A DNA stretch of 64,000 nucleotides. Origin: Macrostomum lignano (lineage: Eukaryota). The notes under the pieces are model-generated. The model was not told the origin of the DNA. It saw nothing but the letters and a program-made list of their open reading frames with translations, and did no database searches. A program made the position numbers and the translations under genes. Below are positions 1 through 12,639 of this stretch, piece by piece (positions within the stretch are counted from its first letter, which is position 1; the number at the start of each line of letters is the position of its first letter). The stretch is from positions 62,001 through 126,000 of the forward strand of contig NIVC01000881.1 in NCBI GenBank assembly GCA_002269645.1, in the 5' to 3' direction.

Positions 1-768
1 GAGGTCAGAGGGGGGTAGGTCAGAGAGAAGGTCAAATAGGGGAGGTCAGAGGGGAAAGGTCAGAGGGGAGGGGTCAGAGAGGAGAGGTCAGAGAGGATAG
101 GTCAGAGAAGAGAGGTCAGAGAGGGGAGATCAGAAAGGGAAGGTCACAGGGGAGGTCACAGAGGAGAGGACAGAGAGGTCAGAGAGGAGAGGACAAAGAG
201 AGGTCAGAGGAGAGGACAAAGAGAGGTCAGAGAGGGGAGGTCAGAGGGGAGAGGACAAAGAGAGGTCAGAGAGGGGAGGTAAGAGAGGAGAGGACAAAGA
301 GAGGTCAGAGGGAGGTCAGAGGAGAAGACAAAGAGAGGTCAGAGAGGGGAGGTCAGAGGAGAGGACAGAGAGGTCAGAGAGGAGAGGTCAGAGAGGAGAG
401 GGCAAAGAGAGGTCAGAGGAGAGGACAGAGAGGTCAGAGAGGGGAGGTCAGAGAGGAGAGGGCAAAGAGAGGTCAGAGAGGGGAGGTCAGAGGAGAGGAC
501 AGAGAGGTCAGAGAGGGGAGGACAAAGAGAGGTCAGAGAGAGGTCAGAGGAGAGGACAAAGAGAGGTCAGAGAGGGGGGGTCAGAGGAGAGGACAGAGAG
601 GTCAGAGAGGAGAGGACAAAGAGAGGTCAGAGAAGGGAGGTCAGAGAGGAGAGGACAAAGAGAGGTCAGAGAAGGGAGGTCAGAGAGGAGAGGACAAAGA
701 GAGGTCAGAGAAGGGAGGTCAGAGAGGAGAGGACAAAGAGAGGTCAGAGGAGAGGACAGAGAGGTCAG
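1..768. repeat. Purine-rich degenerate minisatellite (AGAGGTCAGAGAGGAGAGGACAA-like unit, about 22-27 bp)
   Basis: Continuous A/G-rich tandem copies of AGAGGTCAG and GAGAGGACA from the window edge to about 768. Confidence 0.9.
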
Positions 769-1456
769 AACTTAATGCAGTGTTTGTTGCAGCATGTTTG
801 CATGTTCAAGTAAGCCGATATTTGCAATAAAAAACTGGCATGACAAAGACCAGCCCTGCGGGCAGTCTTGTGTCAGTAGCAGCAACTGTATGCTCATAAA
901 TATCATGAATAATGTTGGCGTGCATCAGTGATAAAATATAAAGCGTTATATTTAGAGCCTGGACAGCAAGGACACAGGTACAAATAAACCACCAAAGCGG
1001 GGAAGGACCACCAAGATCTGAGATTTGAGAAAACCGCTTCTGAAATCTGAAAACTTGCGCAACTGAATGTGCGACACTATTGCAGTAGTATTCTAATAGT
1101 AATACAATATGATTTTAATTTGTTAATTATATAATTTACACGAATCAATAAAAGCGCTGAAAAGCAAAGGCAGTTTAAAATAGATGCATATTAATATTAG
1201 CATAGACTACGGAACCCTATTTTATCTTTGCACTCTTGCGCTCTGAAGCTACTTAAAGTAGGAATAATAGCATTTTATTTTATTTTAATCAAAAATATCA
1301 GACAGACTTGCCGACACCGCAGCGTAGAGAAGCGCGCGATACTCAATGGGATGATGGGATGTTAGAAAACTGTGGGAGACAGATGACACTTATTATAGTT
1401 CAGTATATGTATATGGATATGCAGGGCCCTGGCTTGCACTGTAAACGACATGTTAT

Positions 1457-1862
1457 TAACCGGTAACCCAGGTAAATACCCAATTAACCGGTAACCCAGG
1501 TAAATACCAAATTAACCGGTAACCCAGGTAAATACCCAATTAACCGGTAACCCAGGTAAATACCAAATTAACCGGTAACCCAGGTAAATACCCAATTAAC
1601 CGGTAACCCAGGTAAATACCCAATCAACCGGTAACTCAGGTAAATACCCAATTAACCGGTAACCCAGGTAAATACCCAATTAACCGGTAACCCAGGTAAA
1701 TACCCAATTAACCGGTAACCCAGGTAAATACCCAATCAACCAGTAACCCAGGTAAATACCCAATCAACTGGTAACCCAGGTAAATACCCAATCAACCGGT
1801 AACCCTGGTAAATACCCAATCAACCGGTAACCCTGGTAAATACCCAATCAACCGGTAACCCA
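1457..1862. repeat. 28-bp tandem array TAACCGGTAACCCAGGTAAATACCCAAT, about 14 copies, just 3' of the dynein IC stop
   Basis: Near-perfect 28-bp periodicity read directly. Confidence 0.95.
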
Positions 1863-2002
1863 AACAGACCCCAACAAAACACCCTGCAAGCTTAGGAATA
1901 TCAATACCGGGTAACCAAAGAAAAATAGCAAAAAAACCGGCAGACCCAGCAACCCCGAAGTCAAAGAAGGTCCCGAGTTCGAGTCCCCCAGGCGCGGCAG
2001 AC

Positions 2003-5000
2003 TCAGCGAATTGGGCCGACGCCGGGCGGGTCCTGCTCGGCAGCAGCGAGCTCAGCGGTGGCCTGCTTGAGCTCGTGCAGGGTCCGGCCAAGCAGCTTCC
2101 ATTCCTCCTGGCGCGGCGAGGCCAGGCTGTCCGCCAGCTCGAACACGGTCAGCCGGCCGAGGTGGTCGCCGGCGCCGAGCAGCAGGCCGGAGTCGCTGAA
2201 CCGGCAACGGTTGACGGCCGCGTCGCACTGGGCCCTGGCGGCGGCCTGCTCGGTGTCCAAGTTCAGCTGCCAGAAGTCCAGCCGGCCGAGGGCGTCAGCG
2301 GCGCAGAACAGGGCCGGGTTCACCGGCGACCAGCACAGGTCCATCACGTAGTCGGAGGTCTCCTCGAACACGTGCACCGTGCCGAGGTCGCGGAGAGACC
2401 AAAGGCGGACAGTCCAGTCGAACGAGGCCGACAGGACGATGTGGCCGAGATCGACTGGGCCGGTGGCGCGATGGGTGGCCACGGCCGACACGGGGCCCTG
2501 GAGTGGCCGAGGGGGGGGGGTTGCAGTGAACTGCATGCACGGCACTGCTGGGTGATTGATGCCCTATTGTATAGAGCTCTCCACTCTATGCTCCCTTCTC
2601 TTCCCAACCCTCTATACTCTCTCCCATTGTCTCCACTCTCTCTCTTAATCTTCTCTCATCTCTCCCTGTCTTTTCTCTCTCTACATATCATCTCCTACTT
2701 TCTCATCATCTCATCTCTCCCCATGTTTTTTTCATATCTTCCCACCATCTCCCATCTCTTCCCACCATCTCTGATCTATCCCCATCATCTCTACTCTTCC
2801 CCAAACTTCCCTAATCTCCCCCAATCACCTCTACTCTCCCCCAATCCTCTCTAATCTCCCCCAATCTCTACTCTCCCTCAATCTCTACTCTCCCCCAATC
2901 CTCTCTACTCTCCCCCAATCACCTCCACTCTCCCCCAATCCTCTCTACTCTCCCCCAATCACCTCTACTCTCTTCCCCAATCACTTCTACTCTCCCCTGA
3001 TCACCTCTACTCTCCCCAATCACCTCTACTCTCCCCCAATCACCTCTACTCTCCCCCAATCCTCTCTACTCTCCTTCAATCCTTCCTACGGTACTCTACC
3101 CCAGCTCTCATCTCGAACGAGCCAGCAACCCTCGAACAATCGGCAGCTTCCCAGACTACAAGAGAGCCAGACTGTCCCATCGCACTCGCCAAGCAGCCAG
3201 GCGTGCTGAGCCTTAAACAGCGGGCAGTGCGCGCGGGTAAAAAGGGCCCCGCCAGCAAAACAGCAGAAAGCGCCTTCAAAATATAATTTGGCAGAGCATT
3301 TGTCACCGAAGCGAGCAATGTATTATTAATTGTTCTGCACTTCGGCAAAGATTGGCTGCGCTGTGTTAAATAACTTTTTTGTAACTTTGCAACCTACAGC
3401 TGTGTAACCAGGGTGCTTCCCTCGGCTTATGGAGATCTTGAAGATTTTTAAAAGTGTTTGTAGTACAGTCGTAAAATTCCGATATGCTCTTCAATTTGCA
3501 ACTTCCCTAAAAACCCTCTAACCAGTGGTCCCAGCGAGTAGGTCACTGATTTTTCGCGCCATTCTATTTTTTTCGCGCATAGATCATGTCAGCGAAAGTG
3601 CAAACCGTGTTGATGTTTGATGCAACCACAACCACCTGATAGTCAATTTGTCTACCACCTACATTGCTTTCAGAAATTAATGATTCCAGCAACCAAGGAT
3701 TACAAATAAAAAGGGCTTGTCAACTTAAGCTCATAAAGTGGAGCCCAAGTAACCATGTACACAAATGATGTCATTCTGCTCACAGTGACACCAGAAAGCT
3801 GGGTTCGGCAAGTGACAAAAGTTGGACTTGGGATAGAGAAGAGAAAGAGAGGGGATAATTAGGGACTCTATTTTTTTAACTTAAGTTGACATAATATTCC
3901 CAATTATCTAAAGGTCGTTACTAGGGTTACACATCCTCGAGAGCCTTTGGAATAAAAACAGTGATATTCATAAAACAGTGAAGAAAAGAAACGTGGATAA
4001 TTTTAATCAGTAACTTTGACCGAATCTCAAGTTAGTCAGCAGTAAGAATAGTGCAATTGTAAATTTACTCATCCAACTCGGCCTGTGGCTTCTCCACATA
4101 GTTGCCATCCAAATGCACACACTTCTGCCACCTGGACCACATGGCGTTGATGGCCTCGGCAAACGCAGAGAGGCATTTCGTAGAGGATGACGTGGCGAGT
4201 GAGGCTTTCAAGTTCACTTCGGTTTTGAAAAACCCAGCCGCGAAGAAGTTTCTTTATTTGGGGGAAAATTGCAAAATTGGCAGGTGCCAAATCTGGCGAG
4301 TATGGCGGGTGAGGCAGCAACTCAAAGTTAAACTGGTTCGATCTTCCTCCTAAATCTTCGTCCTTCCCGCTGTATGGGGTGGAGCATTATCATGATGCAA
4401 AGCAGGGCTTCTCGCCAGAACGACGCCACTTGTTCCTAAGATTTTGATGTCCGTAGGCCAGGCCATAGACATTGACAAGTTTTACACGTTTGTGGCACGA
4501 ATTTAAATCCATTTACCACGAACAAAATAACTTCAAAATGTACTCGAGGATGTGTAACCCTAGTACCGACCTTAGCGAACATTTTATGTGTAGCAAAGAG
4601 ATGCTTAGACATATTGACGTGATTCAAAAAGCTACATTTTTATGAGAAATTTATCTTTCGTTTAACACCAAGGACGTGAAAATATGATTAGTAACTGTGG
4701 AGCAATGATAGAAATTCCGGGAACTTTAGGGACACCCTTCGTAGAAGCATGAACTTTCAAAAATTTCGCGCCAATCAGTTGCGAAAAATTCGCGCCATTG
4801 CTGTAAAATTTGCGCATTCGCGCCACACTGGGACCACTGCCTACAACATCCCTAAAAACCCTCCAACATCTCTAAAAACTCCCTAAAATCCCTAAAAACT
4901 CCCCAAAATCCTAGAAAAACTCCCTAAAATCCCTAAAAACTCCCCAACATCCCTAAAAACTCCCCAACATCCCTAAAAACTCCCCAACATCCCTAAAAAC

Positions 5001-8000
5001 TCCCCAAAATTCCTAAAAACTCTCCAAAATCCCTAAACATCTCCAAAATCCCTAAAAACTCTCCAAAATCCCTAAAAACTCTCCAAAATCCCTAAAAACT
5101 CTCCAAAATCCCTAAAAACTCCCCAAAATCCCTAGAGACATCCAAAAATCCTTAAAAAACTCTTCAAAATCCCTAAAAACTTGGCGAAAAGTTGCCAGGC
5201 GGCGCGCACCTGGTGCCCATCAAGCGCATCCATAATGCCAGCCTTGGCGCCGTGCCTGCAGCCGGTGTACATTGAATAATCCTCGCTGCCAACCACAAAA
5301 TGATTGGCGTCGCTTGGTGCAAAGTCCAGACAGGTGGCCGGCACGGGCCGATTCTGGCGCTGCAGGTCCAGCGTCTCCTGCGGCTGGGACAGCATGTCCA
5401 GGCTCCACGTGCACAGCCGGCCGTCGCTGCTGGCCGACACCAGGTTGTGAGCATTCTCGCTGCCCAACACGCACACGCTGAGCACTGGCTGGGTGTGAGC
5501 AGTGGAGCTTAGCGGGCTCCGCTGCACGGGAGTCCGCCTGGGTGTCCGGTTGTCCCACAGCACCACCTGGCCAGAGTAGGTGCCGCCAACAATGAGGTTG
5601 CGATGGAATTTGGCGAAACAGGCCGAGGTAACTGGCGACTGGCAGTGGAACACGAACTCGGGACTGTCCTTGCGGAATTTCACGTTCCAGACGCAGACGA
5701 CACCGTCGGGTTCCTGCGGTGCGTCCTCGTTAGCGTTGTAGGCGGCCAGGCAGAGCTCCGGGAAGTGCGGCGACCAGTCCAGGGCCGTGACGCAGCGGTT
5801 GCGGGACCAGCGGTCGTCGTAGAACACGCGCTGCTGCTTCACCTGGGCGGGAGTGGTCCGGGTGGACTCGATTAGCCAAACTAAATATAGACTAGGCCAA
5901 CCTAAATCTAGACTAGGCCAACCTAAATCTAGAATAGGCCAACCTAAATCTAGAATAGGCCAAACTAAATCTAGACTAGGCCAACCTAAATCTAAAATAG
6001 GCCAAACTAAATATAGATTAGGTCAACCTAAATCAAGACTAGGCCAATCTAAATCTAGACTAGGCCAACCTAAATATAGACTAGGCCAACCTAAATCTAG
6101 ACTAGACCAACCTAAATCTAGACTAGGCCAACCTAAATATAGACTAGGCCAACCTAAATCTAGACTAGACCAACCTAAATCTAAAATAGGCCAACTTAAA
6201 TCAAGATTAGGCCAACTTAAATATAGACTAGGCCAACCTAAATCTAAAATAGGCTAACTTAAATCAAGATTAGGCCAACCTAAATCTAGACTAGGCCAAC
6301 CTAAATCTAAAATAGGCCAACTTAAATCAAGATTAGGCCAACCTAAATCTAGACTAGGCCAACCTAAATCTAAAATAGGCCAACTTAAATCAAGATTAAG
6401 CCAACCTAAATCTAGATTAGGCCAACTTAAATCAAGATTAGGCCAACCTAAATCTAGACTAGGCCAACCTAAATCTAAAATAGGCCAACTTAAATCAAGA
6501 TTAGGCCAACCTAAATCTAGACTAGGCCAACCTAAATCTAAAATAGGCCAACTTAAATCAAGATTAAGCCAACCTAAATCTAGATTAGGCCAATCTAAAT
6601 CTAGACTAGCCCAACTTAAATCTAGACTACGCCAACCTAAATCTAGACTAGGCTAGGCTAGACTAGGAAACTTAGCTAACCTGAACCTACACAATCCAAG
6701 CCCACTAATGCTCAAAATGCCTCAAATCACATTTCAACCAAGCACAATGGATGTATCCGTCACAATCAATTTATTGCAGCCGCACTGTGCGGCGGACTAA
6801 AGGCTGAGAGCAACGGCCAATCATATTGCAGCGCATTTGTCACCGAAGAGAGCAATGGAGAGCAATCTACAGTTCGGCAAAGATTGGCTGCGAGTGCTGA
6901 GAATGTCTCGAAGGATTAAGTGGGTATCCAGTAGAGCATCTAGAGAAATGTGTGCATTAGTTTATGGAGAATGAGTATTTTACAGAAATATTTAGGGATT
7001 AGGGAAGCGTGTGGGGATCTTGGGAAATGAATGGAGATCTTGAGAAGCGAATAGGAATCTTGGAAAGGGAAATGGAGATTTTGGGAAGCGAATGGGGATC
7101 TTGAGAAAACGTGTGGGGATTTTAGGAAACGTGTGGGGATCTTGGAAAAGGAATGGGGATCTTGAGAAGCAAATGGGAATCTTGGAAAGGGAAATGGGGA
7201 TTTTGGGAAGCGAATGGGGATCTTGGGACACGTGTGGAGATTTTGGGAAACGTGTGGGGATCTTGAAAAAGGAATGGGGATCTTGAGAAGCAATCTTGGA
7301 AAGAGAAATGGGGATTTTGGGAAGCGAATGGGGATCTTGGGACACGTGTGGGGATTTTGGGAAACGTGTGGGGATCTTGGAAAAGGAATGGGGATCTTGA
7401 GAAACGTGTGGCGATTTTGGGAAGCGAATGGGGATCTTGGGACACGTGTGGGGATTTTGGGAAACGTGTGGGGATCTTGGAAAAGGAATGGGGATCTTGA
7501 GAAACGTGTGGCGATTTTGGGAAGCGAATGGGGATCTTGGGACACGTGTGGGGATTTTGGGAAACGTGTGGGGATCTTGGAAAAGGAATGGGGATCTTGA
7601 GAAACGTGTGGCGATTTTGGGAAACGTGTGGGGATCTTGGGACGCGAATGGGGATTATGGGAACGTATGAGAATCTTGGGAAGGAAATAGGGATCTTGGG
7701 AAATGAATAGGGATTTTGGGAAACGTGTGGGGATCTTGCGAAACGTGTGGGGATCTTGCGAAACGTGTGGGGATCTTGCGAAACGTGTGGGGATCTTGGG
7801 AAGAGAACGGGGATTTAAGGAAATGAATTGGTATCTTTGAAAGGGAAATGGGATCTTGGGAAGCGTATGAGAATTCTATGAAGGAAATGGGGATCATGGG
7901 AAATGAATGGGGATCTTAGGAAACGTGTGGGGATCTTGGGAAGCGTGTGGGGATCTTGGGAAGCGTGTGGGGATCTTGGGAAGCGTGTGGGGATCTTGGG

Positions 8001-11000
8001 AAGCGAACGGGGATCTTGGGAAGCGAACGGGGATCTTAGGAATCGAATGGGAATCTTGGGAAATAAATGGATACCTTTTTGGGAAGTGGGGTTTTAGAAA
8101 ATTTCGGGATGTATCGGAGAAACCTCTGGTTTTGCGATCTCACAAAAGTCATCAGCCCTAATCCTCACCTGCTGCTTGGCGGTTTCTCCCAGCTCCGTGT
8201 CCCCGGAGCCGCCAGAATAGTCGATAAAAATGTCCACATCCTCGGCCAGTGCCCGCTCCATGACTCTGGCGGTCTTATCAAAGAATCTGACAAACGACTC
8301 GCTAAGCAGAATCTGCTGCCTCTCCTCGTCAGACAGTTCGCGCGGCTTCTCCGGCTCGGCGGCAACTGGCGCGGCTCCGTCTGCGGCTGCTCCGGCGGCC
8401 ACCAGCTCCTGGACGTGCGGCATGCGCTGAAGCTCAGCTAGGGCCTCGGCGGCGTTGACGCCTTCGCCTTCGCGCTCCGACTCGTCGTAGGTGAGCACTG
8501 GGGGAATGAGTCAGTCAATTGGAGCTATGCATATGGGACCAATGAGATAGTGGGAAGCTTCACTCTCTCTCTCTCCTGACCAATCAGATTGCGGGAAGCC
8601 TCTCTCCCTCTCATGACCAATCAGATTGCGGGAAGCCTCTCTCCCTCTCATGACCAATTAGATTGCGGGAAGCCTCTCTCTCCCTCTCCTGGCCAATCAG
8701 ATCGCGGGAAGCCTCTCTCCCTCTCATGACCAATTAGATTGCGGGAAGCCTCTCTCCCTCTCCTGACCAATCAGATTGCGGGAAGCCTCTCTCCCTCTCA
8801 TGACCAATTAGATTGCGGGAAGCCTCTCTCCCTCTCATGACCAATTAGATTGCGGGAAACTTCTCTCTCTCCCTCTCCTGGCCATTCAGATCGCAGGAAG
8901 CCTCTCTTCTTCTCATGACCAATTAGATTGCGGGAAGCCTCCCTCCCTCTCATGACCAATTAGATTGCGGGAAGCCTCTCTCCCTCTCATGACCAATTAG
9001 ATTGCGGGAAGCCTCTCTCCCTCTCATGACCAATTAGATTGCGGGAAGCTTCTCTCTCTCCCTCTCCTGGCCATTCAGATCGCAGGAAGCCTCTCTTCCT
9101 CTCATGACCAATTAGATTGCGGGAAGCCTCCCTCCCTCTCATGACCAATTAAATTGCGGGAAGCTTCTCTCTCCCTCTCCTGGCCAATCGGATCGCGGGA
9201 AACTTCTCTCGCCCTCTCTTGGCCAATCAGGTCGCGGGAAACTTCTCTGTCCCTTTCTTGGCCAATCAGATTGTGTAAAGAGAAACAAATGTTTTACATA
9301 CAAAGTGCAGCTATTCCGGGTAAAATTAGGCTTGATGATAATGTTGTCTCAACATTTGAAGGGATAAAAATGTAAGCAATGGCGTGAAATTTATATAGTT
9401 CATTTGTAGTATAGGGTACGGTTGTTGTTGAGCATTGAGTATCATTTTAAACTAGTGCAAAATAATATCGTAACTAACACAGCAGCTTGGGGTTGTTCAT
9501 AACGTTTTTAGAAGGACCAGAGAAATTAAGATTGCAAAAAAATCTTATTAAAAACATAGGATTGGCATTTTTTAAAGGAGAATGCCCGTTATAGGCAAGG
9601 GATATGACATATAGGGTAGAATGACCCAAATGGAGAGGAAAATAACCCTGGTGGAAGGACAATGACTCTAGTGGAAGGAGTATGACCCTAATGGAGAGGA
9701 GAATGACCCTAATGGGAAGTGAATGACCCTAATGTGAGGGAGAATGACCCTAATGGAGAGGTGAATGACCCTAATGTGAGGGAGAATGACCCTAATGGAG
9801 AGGTGAATGACCCTAATGTGAGGGAGAATTACCCTAATGGAGAGGAGAATTACCCTAATGGAGAGGAGAATTACCCTAATGGAGAGGAGAATTACCCTAA
9901 TGGAGAGGAGAATTACCCTAATGGAGAGGAGAATTACCCTAATGGGAAGGTGAATGACCCTAATGGGAAGGTAAATGACCCTAATGGGAAGGTGAATGAC
10001 CCTAATGGAAAGGTGAATGACCTTAATGGGAAGGAGAATGACCCTAATGGGAAGGAGAATGACCCTAACGGACAGAGAATCGAGTCTAAAAGGAAAAAAT
10101 ATCAGTAATAATCACAATCTAACAATTAAATAATCTCAAAAATACATTTTTATTTGCCAACATTTATTTCTCTATACAACAAAAGCTTCAAGACACGAGG
10201 AACAACTTGCAAGAAACTACGCGTGATAAACAGAAGTTAAAACAAATACGTGCAGAAATTGGCATGCTTGCTTAAGTGAAGTCAAGTCGGGATTGACAAC
10301 AGCTGATTCATGCGGAAATAAACTCGCTCACCATAATATTCCGAAAACCGACCTGACGTGTGACAAATTGGTTGCGCAATAAGTTTTGCTATATTCAAGT
10401 GACTGCACTGCATTTTTCGGCTGGCCCAGCAACTGACACTCTGGGAGGCTGGCTGGCCCAGCAACTGGGGGTCTGGGAGGCTGGCCCGGCAACTGAGGAT
10501 CTGGGAGGCTGGCCCGGCAACTGGGGGTCTGGGAGGCTGGCCCAGCAACTGAGGATCTGGGAGGCTGGCCCGGCAACTGAGGATCTGGGAGGCTGGCCCA
10601 GCAGGGATCTTGGAGGCTGGCCCAGCAGGGATCTGGGAGGCTGGCCCAGCAGGGATCTGAGAGGCTGGCCCAGCAGGGATCTGAGAGGCTGGCCCAGCAA
10701 CTGAGGATCTGGGAGGCTGGCCCAGCAACTGGGGATCTGGGAGGCTGGCCCAGCAACTGGGGATCTGGGAGGCTGGACCAGCAACTGGGGATCTGGGAGG
10801 CTGGACCAGCAACTGGGGATCTGGGAGGCTGGACCAGCAACTGGGGATCTGGGAGGCTGGCCCAGCAACTGACACTCTCGGAGGCTGGCTGGCCCAGCAA
10901 CTGACACTCTCGGAGGCTGGCTGGCCCAGCAACTGACAGTCTTGGAGACTGGCCCAGCTACTGGGATATTTATAGCCTAGAGAATAACTGATAGCTAGAA

Positions 11001-12419
11001 AGCAAGCACTAGGAACTTTGCACCACAAGAAGAAATCAAAGCAAATCAAAGCAGACTCACCGTCTCGCTCGGGCTCCAGATTCATGGTCTGCGTCTCCTT
11101 GCAATAGTTGACGGTCTCCTTAGCAACCACAGTGGTCTGCGTCACCTGGGAAACGGTCAGCTTTTTGGCGCCTACACCGGCTTCTCGTTTTGGACTGGAG
11201 CGGGGACTCTCGGGGCCGCCAGCGGCTGCAAATTCGGATTGCTCAGATTTGAGATGGGGATTCGCTGAGATTTGAGATGGGGATTTGCTGAGATTTCAGA
11301 TGGGGATTTGCTGAGATTTCAGATGGGATTTGCTGAGATTTGAGATGGGATTCGCTGAGATTTGAGATGGGGATTTGCTGAGATTTCAGATGGGATTTGC
11401 TGAGATTTGAGATGGGGATTTGCTGAGATTTGAGATGGGGATTTGCTGAGATTTGAGATGGGATTTGCTGAGATTTGAGATGGGGATTCGCTGAGATTTG
11501 AGATGGGATTTGCTGAGATTTGAGATGGGGATTCGCTGAGATTTGAGATGGGATTTGCTGAGATTTGAGATGGGGATTTGCTGAGATTTCAGATGGGGAT
11601 TTGCTGAGATTTGAGATGAGGATTTGCTGAGATTTGAGATGGGGATTTGCCGAGATTTGAGATTAGGATTTGCTGAGATTTGAGATGGGGGGGTTTGCTG
11701 AGATTTGAGATGGGATTTGCTGAGATTTGAGATGGGGATTCGCTGAGATTTGAGATGGGATTTGCTGAGATTTGAGATGGGGATTCGCTGAGATTTGAGA
11801 TGGGGATTCGCTGAGATTTGAGATGGGAGTTGCTGAGATTTCAGATGGGGATTCGCCAAGATTTGAGATGGGATTTGAGATGGGGATTTGCCGAGATTTG
11901 AGATGGGGATTTGCCGAGATTTGAGATGGGATTTGAGATGGGGATTTGCCGAGATTTGAGATGGGGATTTGCCGAGATTTGAGATGGGGATTTTCTGAGA
12001 TTTGAGATGGGGATTTTCTGAGATTTCAGATGGGAATTTGCCGAGATTTGAAATTAGGATTGCTGAGATTTGAGATGGGGATTTGCTAAGATTTTAGGTG
12101 GGGATTTTCTGAGATTTGAGGAATTTAAAATGGAGATTTGCTGAGATTTGAGATGCGGATTTGCTGAGATTTGAGATGGGGATTTACCTCCGCTTGCCCC
12201 AGCCGCAGGCTCCGTAGACGTCTCGGGCGCAATGCCGAGATTCTTCAGCAGCTCCTCGGTCTCGGAGCGCAAATCGCTCGGGGTGCCGGCCTCGCCAGGG
12301 CTTGGAGTGGCCGCATCACCGCCGCTCGCCAGCTTCTTTTTCTCCTCCATCTTGCGCTTCTCGCGCATCGCAGCCAATTGCGCCTTCTTGCGCTCCAGCT
12401 CTGCTTTGCGGTCGGCCAT
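2003..12419 (-). CDS. DYNC1I: Cytoplasmic dynein 1 intermediate chain (WD40), 617 aa; exons 12419-12188, 11225-11061, 8497-8169, 5842-5210, 2497-2003
   Basis: N-terminal [23 protein letters not shown] coiled coil; exon 2 has VSQVTQTTV (Tctex-type site) and the canonical LC8 motif KETQT; [17 protein letters not shown]; WD40 repeats [15 protein letters not shown] and [16 protein letters not shown]. All introns are GT-AG, phases are consistent, total 1854 nt. Confidence 0.95.
2580..3075. repeat. CT-rich 20-bp minisatellite (CTCTACTCTCCCCCAATCAC) at the acceptor end of dynein IC intron 4
   Basis: Tandem copies, more degenerate toward 2580. Confidence 0.85.
3523..4839. mobile_element. hAT-type non-autonomous element (MITE), about 654 bp without the nested mariner
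   Basis: 12-bp TIRs CAGTGGTCCCAG (3523) and CTGGGACCACTG (4828-4839); 8-bp flanks CCTCTAAC and CCTACAAC (6/8 match); repeated subterminal TTCGCGCCA motifs at both ends. Confidence 0.7.
3911..4572 (-). mobile_element. Internally deleted mariner (DD34D-type) element nested in the hAT MITE
   Basis: 31-bp inverted repeats at 3911-3941 and 4543-4573 (1 mismatch), TA at 3909-3910 and 4573-4574; minus-strand transposase remnant LHHDNAPPH...[16 protein letters not shown] with a stop and a frameshift (about 4069-4420). Confidence 0.85.
4845..5180. repeat. 20-bp minisatellite CCCTAAAAACTCTCCAAAAT at the donor end of dynein IC intron 4
   Basis: Tandem copies; a degenerate unit also lies left of the hAT MITE at about 3504-3522. 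Confidence 0.9.
5872..6660. repeat. 21-bp minisatellite GGCCAACCTAAATCTAGACTA at the acceptor end of dynein IC intron 3
   Basis: About 37 tandem copies; source of the spurious ORF 5853-6257. Confidence 0.95.
6995..8065. repeat. About 20-bp minisatellite GGGGATCTTGGGAAACGTGT at the donor end of dynein IC intron 3
   Basis: Degenerate tandem copies; source of many spurious ORFs. Confidence 0.92.
8560..9270. repeat. 37-bp minisatellite GATTGCGGGAAGCCTCTCTCCCTCTCATGACCAATTA (dynein IC intron 2, acceptor end)
   Basis: Tandem copies with length variants in the CT tract. Confidence 0.93.
9620..10070. repeat. 21-bp minisatellite AATGACCCTAATGGAGAGGAG (dynein IC intron 2, middle)
   Basis: About 21 tandem copies. 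Confidence 0.93.
10420..10960. repeat. 28-bp minisatellite GGCTGGCCCAGCAACTGGGGATCTGGGA with a 21-bp variant (dynein IC intron 2, donor end)
   Basis: Tandem copies read directly. Confidence 0.93.
11240..12187. repeat. 22-23-bp minisatellite GCTGAGATTTGAGATGGGGATTT filling dynein IC intron 1
   Basis: About 40 copies running from the donor to about 15 nt before the acceptor. Confidence 0.95.
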
Positions 12420-12639
12420 GCTGTGTTGTTGTTGGATATCGAATAGGATTTCATGAACAGAAAGTTGATTAATATAAAATATGAAAATTATCCTGTAAAA
12501 TATTTTACTGTTTGGCTGACTGTATATTGAAAGACGTACCACTACATTTATATACATGCTTTGAGATTTTTGCTCATATATAACATTTTCGATGTTGATA
12601 CTAAGCAAAAAACAACACCTTAATGCTTCCATTCCTTTA

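Noticed and set aside
4845-10070. CCCTAA hexamers in the 20-bp and 21-bp arrays as interstitial telomeres
   Set aside because: There is only one hexamer per longer unit and no tandem (CCCTAA)n.
5853-12054. Long ORFs in dynein IC introns (e.g. 5853-6257, 6940-7545, 9719-10108, 10282-11145 beyond the exon, 11386-11859)
   Set aside because: They are translations of stop-free tandem repeats lying inside introns.
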